NCBI GenBank assembly: GCA_012524135.1
Contig: JAAYSE010000127.1
Location: 1-57,832 of the forward strand
DNA length: 57,832 bases
Source: Candidatus Epulonipiscium sp.
GTDB lineage: Bacteria; Bacillota; Clostridia; Lachnospirales; JAAYNZ01
Direction of reading: 5' to 3'
Shown here piece after piece: positions 18,629 to 28,623 of the stretch (its first letter is position 1; each line of letters begins with the position of its first letter). Below the pieces are notes generated by a model that did no database searches, had not been told where the DNA came from, and worked only from the letters and a program-made list of their open reading frames with translations. The translations under genes and the position numbers were made by a program.

Positions 18629-19699
18629 TTGAATATAAGAATTGAACAATTACGTAAAAAAATGAATAAAGAGCAAGTAGACGGGTTAATTATACAAAGT
18701 GTAGCCAATCGAAAGTATATGAGTTTATTTACAGGAAGTTCAGCGTTTCTATATATTTCACAACAACAACAAGTGTTATTAACAGATTTTCGATATGTAG
18801 AACAAGCTAATATACAATCACCTAATTATCAAGTAATTGATTATGGTAAAAAAGGATTATATACAACGCTTAATGAATTATTAAAAAAAGATCAAGTTAT
18901 ACGTTTAGGATTTGAGGCAGAAGGAATTACCTATGCTCAATATGATCAATACAAAGAAAAATTAGAAGTAAAAGAGCTAGTTCCTATTTGCAATTGGATT
19001 GAATCTCTTCGAATGATTAAATCAGAAGATGAAATTCGATGTATCCAAAAGGCAGCTTCTATTGCGGATCAGGCTTTTACTCATATTTTATCGTTTATTA
19101 AAGTAGGAGTAAGCGAAAAAGATATTGCTTTAGAATTAGAGTTTTTCATGAAAAAACAAGGAGCTGAAAATCTTTCTTTTGATACGATTGTTGCTTCTGG
19201 TGTTCGTTCATCTCTTCCTCATGGAGCACCAACAGATAAAAAAATTCAATCTGGAGATTTTGTTACAATGGATTTTGGTTGTATTTATCAAGGTTACTGT
19301 TCTGACATGACAAGAACAGTTGTTGTAGGAAAAGCAAATGAAAAACAAAAGAAAATTTATCATATTGTATTAGAAGCTCAAGAAAAGGCATTAAAAAATT
19401 TAAAAGCTCAAAAAACAGGCAAAGAAATTGATACAATTGCTAGAAATATCATTAGTGAACAAGGATATGGAGATTATTTTGGACATGGATTAGGACATAG
19501 TGTAGGTTTAGAAATACACGAATCTCCTAGATTATCCATTAACGAAGAAACTATACTAAAACCAAATATGTCAATGACAGTGGAACCTGGAATTTATATT
19601 CCGGATTTTGGTGGAGTTCGTATTGAAGATTTAGTTATTATTACAGAGGATGGAGTTTGTAATTTAACTACATCTTCAAAAGAATTGATTGAGCTATAA
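18629..19699 (+). CDS. M24-family Xaa-Pro aminopeptidase/dipeptidase
   Basis: Creatinase-like N-terminal domain. Metal ligands are in DFGCIYQGYCSDMTRT, HGLGHSVGLEIHE and VEPGIY...GGVRIED. TTG start after AGAGGG. Syntenic with B. subtilis yqhT next to efp. Confidence 0.85.
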   Translation: MNIRIEQLRKKMNKEQVDGLIIQSVANRKYMSLFTGSSAFLYISQQQQVLLTDFRYVEQANIQSPNYQVIDYGKKGLYTTLNELLKKDQVIRLGFEAEGITYAQYDQYKEKLEVKELVPICNWIESLRMIKSEDEIRCIQKAASIADQAFTHILSFIKVGVSEKDIALELEFFMKKQGAENLSFDTIVASGVRSSLPHGAPTDKKIQSGDFVTMDFGCIYQGYCSDMTRTVVVGKANEKQKKIYHIVLEAQEKALKNLKAQKTGKEIDTIARNIISEQGYGDYFGHGLGHSVGLEIHESPRLSINEETILKPNMSMTVEPGIYIPDFGGVRIEDLVIITEDGVCNLTTSSKELIEL

Positions 19700-19774
19700 A
19701 AGAAAAAAGGATATTGAAAAAATCACTTTTTTGGTTTAAACTATACAAGAAATGTTTCAAAGGAGGAAAATATA

Positions 19775-20332
19775 ATGATATCAGCAGGAGAATTTAGAAA
19801 TGGCGTCACCATTGAATATGAAGGTGATATTTATGTTGTTATGGAGTTTCAACATGTAAAGCCAGGAAAAGGTGCGGCGTTTGTACGAACAAAATTAAGA
19901 AATTTAAAAACAGGTACTATTGTTGAAAAAACATTTAGACCTAATGAAAAAATGCCTCGAGCTCATATTGAAAGAAAAGATATGCAATATTTATATTCGG
20001 ATGGAGAATTATTTCACTTTATGGATATTGAAACATATGATCAAATTGCTCTTAATCAAGAACAATTAGGAGATGCATTAACTTTTGTAAAAGAAAATGA
20101 TATGGTTAAGGTTTTATCTCATAAAGGAATTGTATTTGGAGTTGAACCACCTTTATTTGTAGAATTAGAAATTACAGCTACAGAACCTGGTTTTAAAGGA
20201 GATACCGCTACAGGAGCTACTAAACCAGCTACTGTAGAAACAGGAGCTACTGTACAAGTTCCTTTATTTATTGAAAATGGTGAAAAAATTAAAATTGACA
20301 CTCGTACGGGTGAATATTTAGGTCGAGCTTAG
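19775..20332 (+). CDS. efp: Elongation factor P
   Basis: [44 protein letters not shown], a near-invariant EF-P N-terminus including the modified-Lys loop. Confidence 0.95.
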   Translation: MISAGEFRNGVTIEYEGDIYVVMEFQHVKPGKGAAFVRTKLRNLKTGTIVEKTFRPNEKMPRAHIERKDMQYLYSDGELFHFMDIETYDQIALNQEQLGDALTFVKENDMVKVLSHKGIVFGVEPPLFVELEITATEPGFKGDTATGATKPATVETGATVQVPLFIENGEKIKIDTRTGEYLGRA

Positions 20333-20372
20333 GCTATACTGATAGATATAATATCTTAAAGGAGGGATTGCC

Positions 20373-20705
20373 ATGTCTCTCATAAATGAGCAGGTGGCAT
20401 ATTTACAAGGACTTGTTAATGGTTTAGAGCTTGACGAAGAAACAAAAGAAGGAAAAGTACTAATGGCTATTATTGATGTGTTAGAAGATATGGCTTTAGT
20501 TATTTCAGATCTAGAAACATTTGTTGATGATTGGTTTCAGATGGATGAAGATCCTAGTGAAATATATTCCTATTATTGTCCAAATTGTGGGGCTCCCATT
20601 GAAGTAGAAGAGGAAACAATAGAAAATGAACAATCTTTGGTTTGTCCAAAATGTGGCGATCCCATTCATATATCTATTGCTTGTTGCGACCACGATCATG
20701 CTTAA
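20373..20705 (+). CDS. Acidic zinc-ribbon protein (CD1247 N-terminal-domain-like)
   Basis: CPNCGAPI...CPKCGDPI forms a four-Cys ribbon after a very acidic helical N-terminus. Strong RBS AGGAGGG. An intrinsic terminator follows. Confidence 0.55.
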   Translation: MSLINEQVAYLQGLVNGLELDEETKEGKVLMAIIDVLEDMALVISDLETFVDDWFQMDEDPSEIYSYYCPNCGAPIEVEEETIENEQSLVCPKCGDPIHISIACCDHDHA

Positions 20706-20736
20706 CTGTGTATAATTTTTATACACAGTTTTTTTT
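20706..20736 (+). terminator. Rho-independent terminator
   Basis: 9-bp stem CTGTGTATA/TATACACAG, 5-nt loop, 8 T residues (20729-20736). Confidence 0.75.
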
Positions 20737-20800
20737 ACGTAAAATTGTGTTCTACTTTTGGACATCCCTTCATAGATATGAGATAAAAGGAGGGAATAAG

Positions 20801-21757
20801 ATGAATATAAAAAATCATCTACTACAAGTTTGTAGCCCAACAATACAAAATATTCTTAATACTATTTCGTATCAACAATTTGAGAAAATCGAAGAGATTC
20901 GTATAAGAGTTAATCAACCTCTTTTTATTAAAAATGCAAAAGAAGAACAGTTTATAACTCCATATGGGAAATGGACTTCATATCCAACGGAAGGTTATAT
21001 TTGTGTTTTAGAAGATATTTCATTGACATTAGAATTAATGAGTGATTATTCTTTATATGCTTTTGAAGAAGAAATTAAACATGGTTATTTAACTCTTCCA
21101 GGTGGACATAGAGTAGGATTAACAGGAAGAGTCATTATAGAAAATGGACAAGTTAAAAATTTAAAATATATAAATGGATTAAATATTCGTATATCTCATG
21201 AAAAGATTGGTTGTGCTGATCCTATTATTCCTTATGTAATTAGTGGCAATTCAGTTTATCATACTTTAATTGTATCACCACCAGGATGTGGAAAAACTAC
21301 TTTATTGAGAGATTTAATACGTCAAATCAGTAATGGTATTCCTAAACAAAGTAAAGGTTATACCGTAGGAGTAGTAGATGAAAGATCAGAAATTGCAGGA
21401 TGTTATCAAGGGCTTCCACAAAAAAATATAGGATTTCGTACAGATGTTTTAGATGGCTGTCCTAAAGTAGAAGGAATGATGATGTTATTACGTTCTATGG
21501 CACCTGAAATTATTGCGGTTGATGAGATTGGAAGTGAAGAGGATATCTATGCTATTGAAAATGTATTAAACGCAGGTTGTAAAATTTTTTGTACAGTTCA
21601 TGGAAACTCTATAGAAGATTTGAAAACAAAACCAGTGTTATCGGCCTTATTACATAAAAAAATTTTTGAAAGAATTATTTTTTTAAGTCATCGTTGTGGA
21701 CCAGGAACCTTAGAAAAAATTATGGATGGTACTAATTGGGAAAGGACGATATTATGA
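20801..21757 (+). CDS. spoIIIAA: Stage III sporulation protein AA (ATPase)
   Basis: Walker A SPPGCGKTTLLRD and Walker B IIAVDEIG. ATG 20801 follows AAGGAGGGA. The track start 20642 would run across the upstream terminator. Confidence 0.9.
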   Translation: MNIKNHLLQVCSPTIQNILNTISYQQFEKIEEIRIRVNQPLFIKNAKEEQFITPYGKWTSYPTEGYICVLEDISLTLELMSDYSLYAFEEEIKHGYLTLPGGHRVGLTGRVIIENGQVKNLKYINGLNIRISHEKIGCADPIIPYVISGNSVYHTLIVSPPGCGKTTLLRDLIRQISNGIPKQSKGYTVGVVDERSEIAGCYQGLPQKNIGFRTDVLDGCPKVEGMMMLLRSMAPEIIAVDEIGSEEDIYAIENVLNAGCKIFCTVHGNSIEDLKTKPVLSALLHKKIFERIIFLSHRCGPGTLEKIMDGTNWERTIL

Positions 21758-22272
21758 TAAAAATAATAGGTATCTTACTCATTTTAATATCTTCTGCCTT
21801 AATAGGAACTTATTTTTTAAAAAGACATTTATATTATGTGGAAGATTTACAAATGTTATACAAGGGGCTGACTATGTTAGAAAGTGAAATTTATTATTCA
21901 AAATCTCCTTTACCCATAGCATTAGAACAAATAGGTATACGTTTAGAAACCAATGTACGATTATTTTTTATAGAAACAACAAAAGAGTTAAAGAAAAAAA
22001 CGGGAAAAAGTATTTCAGTTATTTGGGAAGATATAATTAAGAAAAATATAGAATATACTTATTTAACTTCAGAAGAAGAAAGACTATTAGTTTCTTTTGG
22101 AAAAACTTTAGGGTACTTAGATCGAGAAATGCAAATAAAAAATATTATGCTAATTAAATCTTATTTAGAAGAACAAATTCAACAAGCGATTAATTATAAA
22201 AACCAACAAGCAAAATTATATCAACGTTTAGGTATTTTAGGAGGACTTTTAATTTCCATTATTTTATTTTAA
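21754..22272 (+). CDS. spoIIIAB: Stage III sporulation protein AB
   Basis: N-terminal TM MIKIIGILLILISSALIG and C-terminal TM. ATGA overlap with the spoIIIAA stop. Operon position fits. Confidence 0.8.
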   Translation: MIKIIGILLILISSALIGTYFLKRHLYYVEDLQMLYKGLTMLESEIYYSKSPLPIALEQIGIRLETNVRLFFIETTKELKKKTGKSISVIWEDIIKKNIEYTYLTSEEERLLVSFGKTLGYLDREMQIKNIMLIKSYLEEQIQQAINYKNQQAKLYQRLGILGGLLISIILF

Positions 22273-22336
22273 ACAATAGCATATCAAAATTATTTGTTTT
22301 ATATCATTTATATATCAAAATAAAGGGAGGAGTTTT

Positions 22337-22531
22337 ATGGATATTCAAATTGTATTTAAGATTGCTGCTGTTGGTATTTTAGTATCTGTATTAAATCAAG
22401 TACTTATACGTTCTGGACGAGAAGAGCAAGCGATGATGACAACTTTAGCTGGGTTAGTAGTTGTTTTATTTTGGGTTATTCACTATATTAGTGATTTGTT
22501 TCAAACTGTTCAAACGTTATTTCAATTGTAG
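22337..22531 (+). CDS. spoIIIAC: Stage III sporulation protein AC
   Basis: 64 aa, two TM segments, FKIAAVGILVSVLNQVLIRSGREEQA. Operon position fits. Confidence 0.85.
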   Translation: MDIQIVFKIAAVGILVSVLNQVLIRSGREEQAMMTTLAGLVVVLFWVIHYISDLFQTVQTLFQL

Positions 22532-22551
22532 AAAATACAAAAAGGACGATT

Positions 22552-22941
22552 ATGATGGATATAATACAAATTGTTGTTTTAGGATTAGTAGCTACTATAT
22601 TAAGTTTAATATTAAAAAAACAAAATCCAGAATTTAGTCTTTATATCAGTATAGTAACAGGCATTTTAATTTTCTTTATGACTTTAAATAAACTTTCGAT
22701 TGTATTAGATATGATTAAAAAAATTACTCAAGAGATAGAAATAAGTTCTGTTTATATTCAAATTATTTTTAAGATTATAGGCATTTCTTATATTGCAGAA
22801 TTTGGGTCTCAATTATGTAAAGATGCTGGAGAAAATGCCATTAGTTCTAAAATAGAATTTGCAGGCAAAATCCTTATCATGGTTATATCCGCTCCAATAA
22901 TAATAACATTAATGGATCTTATTACAAATTTATTAACCTAG
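22552..22941 (+). CDS. spoIIIAD: Stage III sporulation protein AD
   Basis: 129 aa polytopic membrane protein in the conserved position. Confidence 0.85.
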   Translation: MMDIIQIVVLGLVATILSLILKKQNPEFSLYISIVTGILIFFMTLNKLSIVLDMIKKITQEIEISSVYIQIIFKIIGISYIAEFGSQLCKDAGENAISSKIEFAGKILIMVISAPIIITLMDLITNLLT

Positions 22942-22951
22942 AGGTGTAGGT

Positions 22952-24118
22952 ATGAAAAGAAAACCAATAATCTTAATTTTATTGATCTTTATAGTAGGAC
23001 ATACCCTATTAATATATGCAGAAGAAACAAGTAATCTTATAGAAAATCAAATGAAGGATATAAATTTTCAAGAAATGGAAGAACTTCTGTATAATTTAAA
23101 ACAGCAGTCTTATATAAACTATCTTCAAGATTTAAATTTTAAAGAAATAGTAAAACAAGTTGCTTTCGGTCAAATTTCTATTTCGACACCAGAAGTGATA
23201 AATATATTAATTACTATTATCTTTAAGGAATTTTATTATCAAAAGAAATTAATAGGTAAATTTATTATAATCAGTATTGTTTCTGCTATAATGAAAAATT
23301 TTACAGAATCCTTTAAAAATAAGGGAGTTGCAGAGATGGGATTTTATACTATTTATCTTGTTTTTATTCTTTTACTTTTTCAATCTTTTGAAGTAGCTGT
23401 AATCGTAACAAAAGAAACAACGGAAACATTGATTTTAATTATGCAATCTTTAGTGCCTACGTTAATGAGTTTTATGTTTCTATCAGGCAGTATTTCATCA
23501 TCATCTATTTTTCATCCTATTATTCTTGTATCTGTTCAAACTATGGGAATATTAATTCAAAATATTTTTATTCCTGGTATTTTTTTCATGACAATATTAG
23601 CTCTTATTAATCAACTTTCTAAAAAACAAGTATTAAAACAATGGATTCAATTACTGAAGAAAGGAATTCAATGGGGTTTAAAAGCTGTGGCAGGTATATT
23701 TATTACTGTATTAGGGCTGCAGAGTCTAACGCTTCCTATTTTAGATAATTTTATACATAAGACAACGCAACATGCTCTTGGGAGTATTCCAGTAGTGGGA
23801 AATGTATTAACAGGTGCTGTTGATACGGTTTTAAATTGTTCTATTTTGATTAAGCAAGCGGTAGGGATAGGAGGAATTATAGTATTAGGTGTTTTTTGTA
23901 TTACACCTATTTTAAAATTAGTTTCCTTTGTTTTGTTATATAAATTAACAGCAGCTATGATACAACCTTTAGGAGAGCAAAGAATTGTACATTGTATGAA
24001 TTATGTAGGGGAAAGTTGTCAGTTATTATTAAGTTGTTTATCCATATTAACTATTCTATTTATTGTTAGTATTACAATGATGGTTGGTATGACAAATATA
24101 GGAGCTATCATTCGATAA
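22952..24118 (+). CDS. spoIIIAE: Stage III sporulation protein AE
   Basis: Signal peptide plus a multi-TM permease-like body, 388 aa, in the conserved position. Confidence 0.85.
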   Translation: MKRKPIILILLIFIVGHTLLIYAEETSNLIENQMKDINFQEMEELLYNLKQQSYINYLQDLNFKEIVKQVAFGQISISTPEVINILITIIFKEFYYQKKLIGKFIIISIVSAIMKNFTESFKNKGVAEMGFYTIYLVFILLLFQSFEVAVIVTKETTETLILIMQSLVPTLMSFMFLSGSISSSSIFHPIILVSVQTMGILIQNIFIPGIFFMTILALINQLSKKQVLKQWIQLLKKGIQWGLKAVAGIFITVLGLQSLTLPILDNFIHKTTQHALGSIPVVGNVLTGAVDTVLNCSILIKQAVGIGGIIVLGVFCITPILKLVSFVLLYKLTAAMIQPLGEQRIVHCMNYVGESCQLLLSCLSILTILFIVSITMMVGMTNIGAIIR

Positions 24119-24146
24119 GATATTAAGGTACAGTGAGGAGGGTTAT

Positions 24147-24773
24147 ATGATAAGTTTTATTAAAGAATGGGTATTAAATATTAGTTTATTTTTAATTGTA
24201 ATTTCATTTATAGAACAAATTTTACCAAGATCACATTTCCAGAAATATATAAAATTTTTTATGGGATTCTTGTTAATGATTATTTTAATTACTCCGTTAC
24301 AAAATTGGCTTACTAGTAAAGATCCTTTAAGTATTCCTATTTTTGATAAAAGTTTAGAAATTGAAAAAAAATCAATTTTACAAAATTCAATTAATTACAA
24401 AGAAAAACAACAAAAATGGATTGTAGAAACATATAAAGAAAATTTAAAACAACAAATAGGTCAACTATTTGAAAATAAACAATCTTTTACCATAAGTGAT
24501 ATTCAAATAAAAATAATAGAAGATATAAATAATTCTAAGTTTGGGGAAATTCTTCAAATACAAATGAATATTTTCATAAATACAATACCTAAGAAAAAAA
24601 AAATTAATCATATATACATAGAAAAAATTAGGATTTCTCAAAAATCAAAAGAGCCTGATTATACGGTTGTAGATAACGAAGAACTTTTATTGATAAAAGA
24701 TATAAAAAATACCTTATCAAACTTCTATAATATGTCCGATGATAATATATATATTACTATACAAAAGAAATAG
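24147..24773 (+). CDS. spoIIIAF: Stage III sporulation protein AF
   Basis: Two N-terminal TM segments plus a soluble domain. Operon position fits. Confidence 0.75.
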   Translation: MISFIKEWVLNISLFLIVISFIEQILPRSHFQKYIKFFMGFLLMIILITPLQNWLTSKDPLSIPIFDKSLEIEKKSILQNSINYKEKQQKWIVETYKENLKQQIGQLFENKQSFTISDIQIKIIEDINNSKFGEILQIQMNIFINTIPKKKKINHIYIEKIRISQKSKEPDYTVVDNEELLLIKDIKNTLSNFYNMSDDNIYITIQKK

Positions 24774-24785
24774 GAGTGTGATGAA

Positions 24786-25382
24786 ATGAACTGGTTTGAT
24801 GAATTATTTAGAAAAACAGAAAAAGGCAATCATAAAAAACTGACTCATTTAATATTTATATTAGGACTAGGGATTATTTTTATTTACATTTCTAATCATT
24901 TTTTTAGTCCTACTGTTTCTCCTATAACGAAAGAAGAACAAACTAAAACATCTACTACTTCTGATATAAAAGATCAATCCCAAGAATCATTTGAGAAACA
25001 ATTAGAAAAAAGATTAATTGAGAGTTTAGGTAAAATTGAAGGGGTTGGTAAAGTTGATGCAATGATTACTTTAGAATCTAGTAAAGAAATTGTCATTAAT
25101 AAAGATACACCTTTTACAGAATCAACAACAAGAGAAGAAGATGGGGAAGGAGGGAATAGATATATCTCCAATCGTGATATAGAAGAAAAAACAATTATGA
25201 AAAATACAGGTAATGGGATTACAGAGCCTATTGTAATTATGGAAAATGAACCCATTATAAAAGGAATTATTATTATTGCAGAGGGAGGAAATGATCCATA
25301 CATAAAAAATCAACTTATTAAAGCATCAGAGGTATTATTAGGAATTTCTAGTAATAAAGTTCAAGTGTTTAAAATGAAATAA
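24786..25382 (+). CDS. spoIIIAG: Stage III sporulation protein AG
   Basis: Single TM, then the ring-building-motif region GVGKVDAMITLESSKEIVINKD. Confidence 0.8.
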   Translation: MNWFDELFRKTEKGNHKKLTHLIFILGLGIIFIYISNHFFSPTVSPITKEEQTKTSTTSDIKDQSQESFEKQLEKRLIESLGKIEGVGKVDAMITLESSKEIVINKDTPFTESTTREEDGEGGNRYISNRDIEEKTIMKNTGNGITEPIVIMENEPIIKGIIIIAEGGNDPYIKNQLIKASEVLLGISSNKVQVFKMK

Positions 25383-25398
25383 AAGAGGAGGAAATAGA

Positions 25399-26115
25399 AT
25401 GCATGTTTTTAAAAGAAATCAAATTATTGTAACATCGTTAGTTATTATGATAGCTATTGCTGCTTATTTAAATTATGTAGACAGAAAACCTTCAGAAGGG
25501 GATTTAGTATTTCAAAACGATGAAAATATGACAATGAGTACATTAGTACCAAATGAAGAAGAAGATTATTATGTTGATATTGATTTAGCGGAAATGGATG
25601 AAATAGATTTAGATATAGCAGAAGTAGATACAACCGGTATAGAAGCGGGAGAAAAAGGAGAAAACAATAATATAACAATAATTGAAAATACAACATCAGA
25701 TGGCGATAAAAAAGAAGAACCTGGTGCAGCAATTTTTGTAAATAGTCATTCGGTAAATACACCTTATTTTATTACAGCAAAAATTGAAAGAGAACAATCC
25801 AGAGCTCAACAAAGAGATCTTTTAGCAGAATGTATTAATAATAAAAACTTTCCTAAGGAAGAAAAAGCTCAGGCTTCTCAAGATTTATTAACTCTCCGAA
25901 AACGAATTGAACAAGAATCTGCATCAGAAGCAATGATTGAAGCCAAAGGTTTTGAAGAAGTATTTGTACGTATGGGTGATGATACAGTAGATGTAGTAAT
26001 TCATTCAGAAGGTTTATCAGAAGCAGAAGCAGCTCAAATTTTAGATATTGTAAATCGTCAAACCGGTGTAAGCTTAGATAAAATCTATATTAGTCCTCTA
26101 AAAACCAAAAATTAG
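25399..26115 (+). CDS. spoIIIAH: Stage III sporulation protein AH
   Basis: N-terminal TM, acidic linker, C-terminal SpoIIIAH-like domain (FITAKIEREQSRAQQRDLL...). Last gene of the operon. Confidence 0.75.
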   Translation: MHVFKRNQIIVTSLVIMIAIAAYLNYVDRKPSEGDLVFQNDENMTMSTLVPNEEEDYYVDIDLAEMDEIDLDIAEVDTTGIEAGEKGENNNITIIENTTSDGDKKEEPGAAIFVNSHSVNTPYFITAKIEREQSRAQQRDLLAECINNKNFPKEEKAQASQDLLTLRKRIEQESASEAMIEAKGFEEVFVRMGDDTVDVVIHSEGLSEAEAAQILDIVNRQTGVSLDKIYISPLKTKN

Positions 26116-26116
26116 T

Positions 26117-26144
26117 TTGCAAAAAGCCGTATATTTGTTATAAT
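26117..26144 (+). promoter_or_regulatory. Candidate sigma-A promoter
   Basis: TTGCAA, 16 nt, TATAAT, with extended -10 TGt. Confidence 0.4.
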
Positions 26145-26222
26145 TAAAATGTAAAAATATAGGGATACAAAAGTTAAACGATTTATAAAATATACGTTAT
26201 GATAGTTATAGGAGGTAAATAT

Positions 26223-26630
26223 ATGGAGGGCAATAAAGCAGTTACAATACAAGGAACGGAAAAAGTAGGTCAAGTACAGATTGCTGATGAAGTTGTGGCT
26301 ATTATTGCAGGTTTAGCTGCTATTGAAGTAGAAGGTATCGCAGGAATGGCAGGAAATTTTACAGGAGATTTAGTAGAAATTTTAGGCATAAAGAATTTAT
26401 CCAAAGGAGTTACTGTTGCAGTCGGTAATGAAGATGTTGCTGTTGATTTAGATATTGTTATACAATTCGGAGTGAAAATTCCAGAAGTAGCCAAAGCAGT
26501 TCAACAAAAAGTAAAAAATTCTATTGAGACGATGACTGGTTTAACGGTTACAGAAGTAAATCTTCATATTACAGGGATTCACTTTGAAAAAATGAAACAG
26601 AAAAAAGTAGAAAACATAGAAGAAAGATAG
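26223..26630 (+). CDS. Asp23/Gls24-family alkaline shock protein
   Basis: VQIADEVVAIIAGLAAIEVEGIAGM. ATG 26223 follows GGAGG. Same position as B. subtilis yqhY, after spoIIIAH. Confidence 0.85.
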   Translation: MEGNKAVTIQGTEKVGQVQIADEVVAIIAGLAAIEVEGIAGMAGNFTGDLVEILGIKNLSKGVTVAVGNEDVAVDLDIVIQFGVKIPEVAKAVQQKVKNSIETMTGLTVTEVNLHITGIHFEKMKQKKVENIEER

Positions 26631-26646
26631 GGACAATTATTCATTT

Positions 26647-26684
26647 AACCCTTAGATATTGTACTTTATATCTAAGGGTTATTA
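26647..26684 (+). terminator. Hairpin / probable terminator
   Basis: 13-bp perfect stem AACCCTTAGATAT/ATATCTAAGGGTT with an 8-nt loop. The U-tract is weak (ATTAT). Confidence 0.45.
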
Positions 26685-26742
26685 TCGTAAGTATGCATTA
26701 TAAGAATAAAAATATACTAGTAAATCCTTAGGAGGACAAAAG

Positions 26743-27168
26743 ATGAGCAGACGTTTAGCTCGAGAAGAAGTTTTTAAGCTTGTATTTCAAATAGATTTTG
26801 TACAAAATTCAGACGAAAAACGTGAACAAATTGAATTATATTTTTCTCAAAATCCAAAGTTAGAAAAACTAGATACTCGTTTTATTATAGAAGAAGTAGA
26901 GGGTATACAATCTTATCAAAAACAAATTGATGCTATTTTGGAACAGTATGCAGAAGGATGGAAAATTTCTCGAATGGGAAAAGTAGATTTAGCTATTTTA
27001 CGATTGGCTGTGTATGAAATATTTTATGCTTTGGATATCCCAATTAGAGTAAGTATTAATGAAGCAGTAGAATTAGCTAAAAAATTTGGTGAAGAGTCTT
27101 CTCCTGCTTTTGTTAATGGCGTATTAGGAAAAATTGTTTCTCAAGAGCAGGTAGATGCAGATGATTAA
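26743..27168 (+). CDS. nusB: Transcription antitermination factor NusB
   Basis: RRLAREEVFKLVFQ, 141 aa, NusB fold signature ...INEAVELAKKFG...FVNGVL. Confidence 0.9.
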   Translation: MSRRLAREEVFKLVFQIDFVQNSDEKREQIELYFSQNPKLEKLDTRFIIEEVEGIQSYQKQIDAILEQYAEGWKISRMGKVDLAILRLAVYEIFYALDIPIRVSINEAVELAKKFGEESSPAFVNGVLGKIVSQEQVDADD

Positions 27169-28381
27169 TCAACGTATTTTTACTGTTAGTGAAATTAATC
27201 GGTATATAAAAGGTATCTTTGAAGAAGATATTTTATTAAGTGGATTATTAATAAAAGGAGAAATTTCCAATTTCAAACCTCATCGTTCAGGACATATTTA
27301 TTTTACTCTAAAAGATGAAGGAGGAGCTGTATCTTGTGTTATGTTTCGTAGTTATGCACAACATTTGATGTTTGTTCCGGAAAATGGTATGTCTATTATC
27401 ATTAAAGGCTATGTTTCTTTATATGAAAAATCAGGACAATATCAGGTATATGTTCAAAGTATGGATCCAGCGGGTAAAGGAACATTACAATTAGCTTATG
27501 AACAATTAAAAAACAAACTACAACAAAAAGGTTATTTTGATGAGGAGAGGAAAAAGAATATTCCCTTTTATCCCAATACAATAGGAATTATTACATCAGG
27601 TACAGGAGCTGCTATTCGTGATATTATTCAAATTGCAAAACGTAGAAATCCATCCATATCTTTGGTGGTATATCCCGTACTCGTACAAGGAAATGAAGCT
27701 GCTGCAAGTATTGCAAATGGTATTAGGCAATTTAATCGTTGGGGGCAGGCAGATGTATTGATTATTGGAAGAGGTGGAGGTTCCTTAGAAGATTTATGGG
27801 CCTTTAATGAAGAAGTAGTAGCTCATGCTATTTTTGAATCTAAAATTCCGATTATATCAGCTGTTGGACATGAAACTGATTTTACCATTTCGGATTTTGT
27901 GGCTGATTTGCGAGCGCCTACTCCCTCAGCAGCAGCAGAATTAGCAGTTCCTTCTAAAATGGAACTGGTAACTCAAATACATGCACAAAAAAAACGTTTA
28001 GATACTTTAATGCAGTATAAATTAAATAGTTTGATAGAACAATTATATTCACTTAAAAATCGTTCTTTTTTTCGTCACCCTCTAGAATTGATTCATCCTT
28101 ATCAGCAATATATGGATCAAATAGAAAGAGCTCTTTATAAAAATATAAATAACTTATTAAAAGATTTTCGTACTCAGTTATTGCAAATGATGGATAAATT
28201 GGAGCTTTTATCTCCGTTATCTCATTTACAGCGTGGATATAGTATTATATTAAATAAAGATAATTCGTTAATAACTTCAGTTAATCAAATTAAGAAAGAG
28301 GATCTATTATCTCTTAAGATCCACGATGGAACAGCTAATGTTTGTGTAATCAATGTTCATAAGGAGAGTGAGAATGAATGA
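27155..28381 (+). CDS. xseA: Exodeoxyribonuclease VII large subunit
   Basis: FTVSEINRYIKGIFEEDILLSGLLIKGEISNFKPHRSGHIYFTLKD (OB-fold N-terminus) and GRGGGSLEDLWAFNEE. Confidence 0.9.
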   Translation: MQMINQRIFTVSEINRYIKGIFEEDILLSGLLIKGEISNFKPHRSGHIYFTLKDEGGAVSCVMFRSYAQHLMFVPENGMSIIIKGYVSLYEKSGQYQVYVQSMDPAGKGTLQLAYEQLKNKLQQKGYFDEERKKNIPFYPNTIGIITSGTGAAIRDIIQIAKRRNPSISLVVYPVLVQGNEAAASIANGIRQFNRWGQADVLIIGRGGGSLEDLWAFNEEVVAHAIFESKIPIISAVGHETDFTISDFVADLRAPTPSAAAELAVPSKMELVTQIHAQKKRLDTLMQYKLNSLIEQLYSLKNRSFFRHPLELIHPYQQYMDQIERALYKNINNLLKDFRTQLLQMMDKLELLSPLSHLQRGYSIILNKDNSLITSVNQIKKEDLLSLKIHDGTANVCVINVHKESENE

Positions 28382-28623
28382 AAGAACAAGAAAGCATGAG
28401 TTTTGAAAAAGCACTAAAAAAATTAGAGGAGATTGTTGAACACTTAGAAAAAGGAGATACTTCTTTAGAAGAGTCATTAAAATATTATCAAGAAGGAGTT
28501 ATATTAGCAAATTTTTGTACTAAGCAATTAGAGAAAGCAGAAAAACAAGTTTTAGTATTACAAGAAGAAAACAATGGAGAGTTTAAGACAGATTTATTTT
28601 TAGAAAAGGAGAGTTCTTATTGA
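28378..28623 (+). CDS. xseB: Exodeoxyribonuclease VII small subunit
   Basis: SFEKALKKLEEIVEHLEKGDTSLEESLKYYQEG, 81 aa, coupled to xseA. Confidence 0.9.
   Translation: MKEQESMSFEKALKKLEEIVEHLEKGDTSLEESLKYYQEGVILANFCTKQLEKAEKQVLVLQEENNGEFKTDLFLEKESSY

Noticed and set aside
20747-20778. Possible sigma-E promoter for spoIIIA (CATAGATA at 20771-20778 resembles the -10 CATACAnT)
   Set aside because: The -10 matches only about 6 of 8 positions, and the sequence at the expected -35 (GTGTTCT) does not resemble the sigma-E -35 consensus. That is too weak to call without TSS data.
20642-20800. N-terminal extensions in the ORF track. Examples: spoIIIAA from 20642, pilC from 10130, pilA from 11332, dxs from 31317, spoIVB from 37273, fmt from 46892, Zn-peptidase from 48613, prkC from 52682, rpe from 55487, aroQ from 18015
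   Set aside because: The extensions overlap the preceding gene or cross a terminator, lack an RBS, and add sequence not characteristic of the family. Internal starts with good RBSs reproduce the canonical N-termini.
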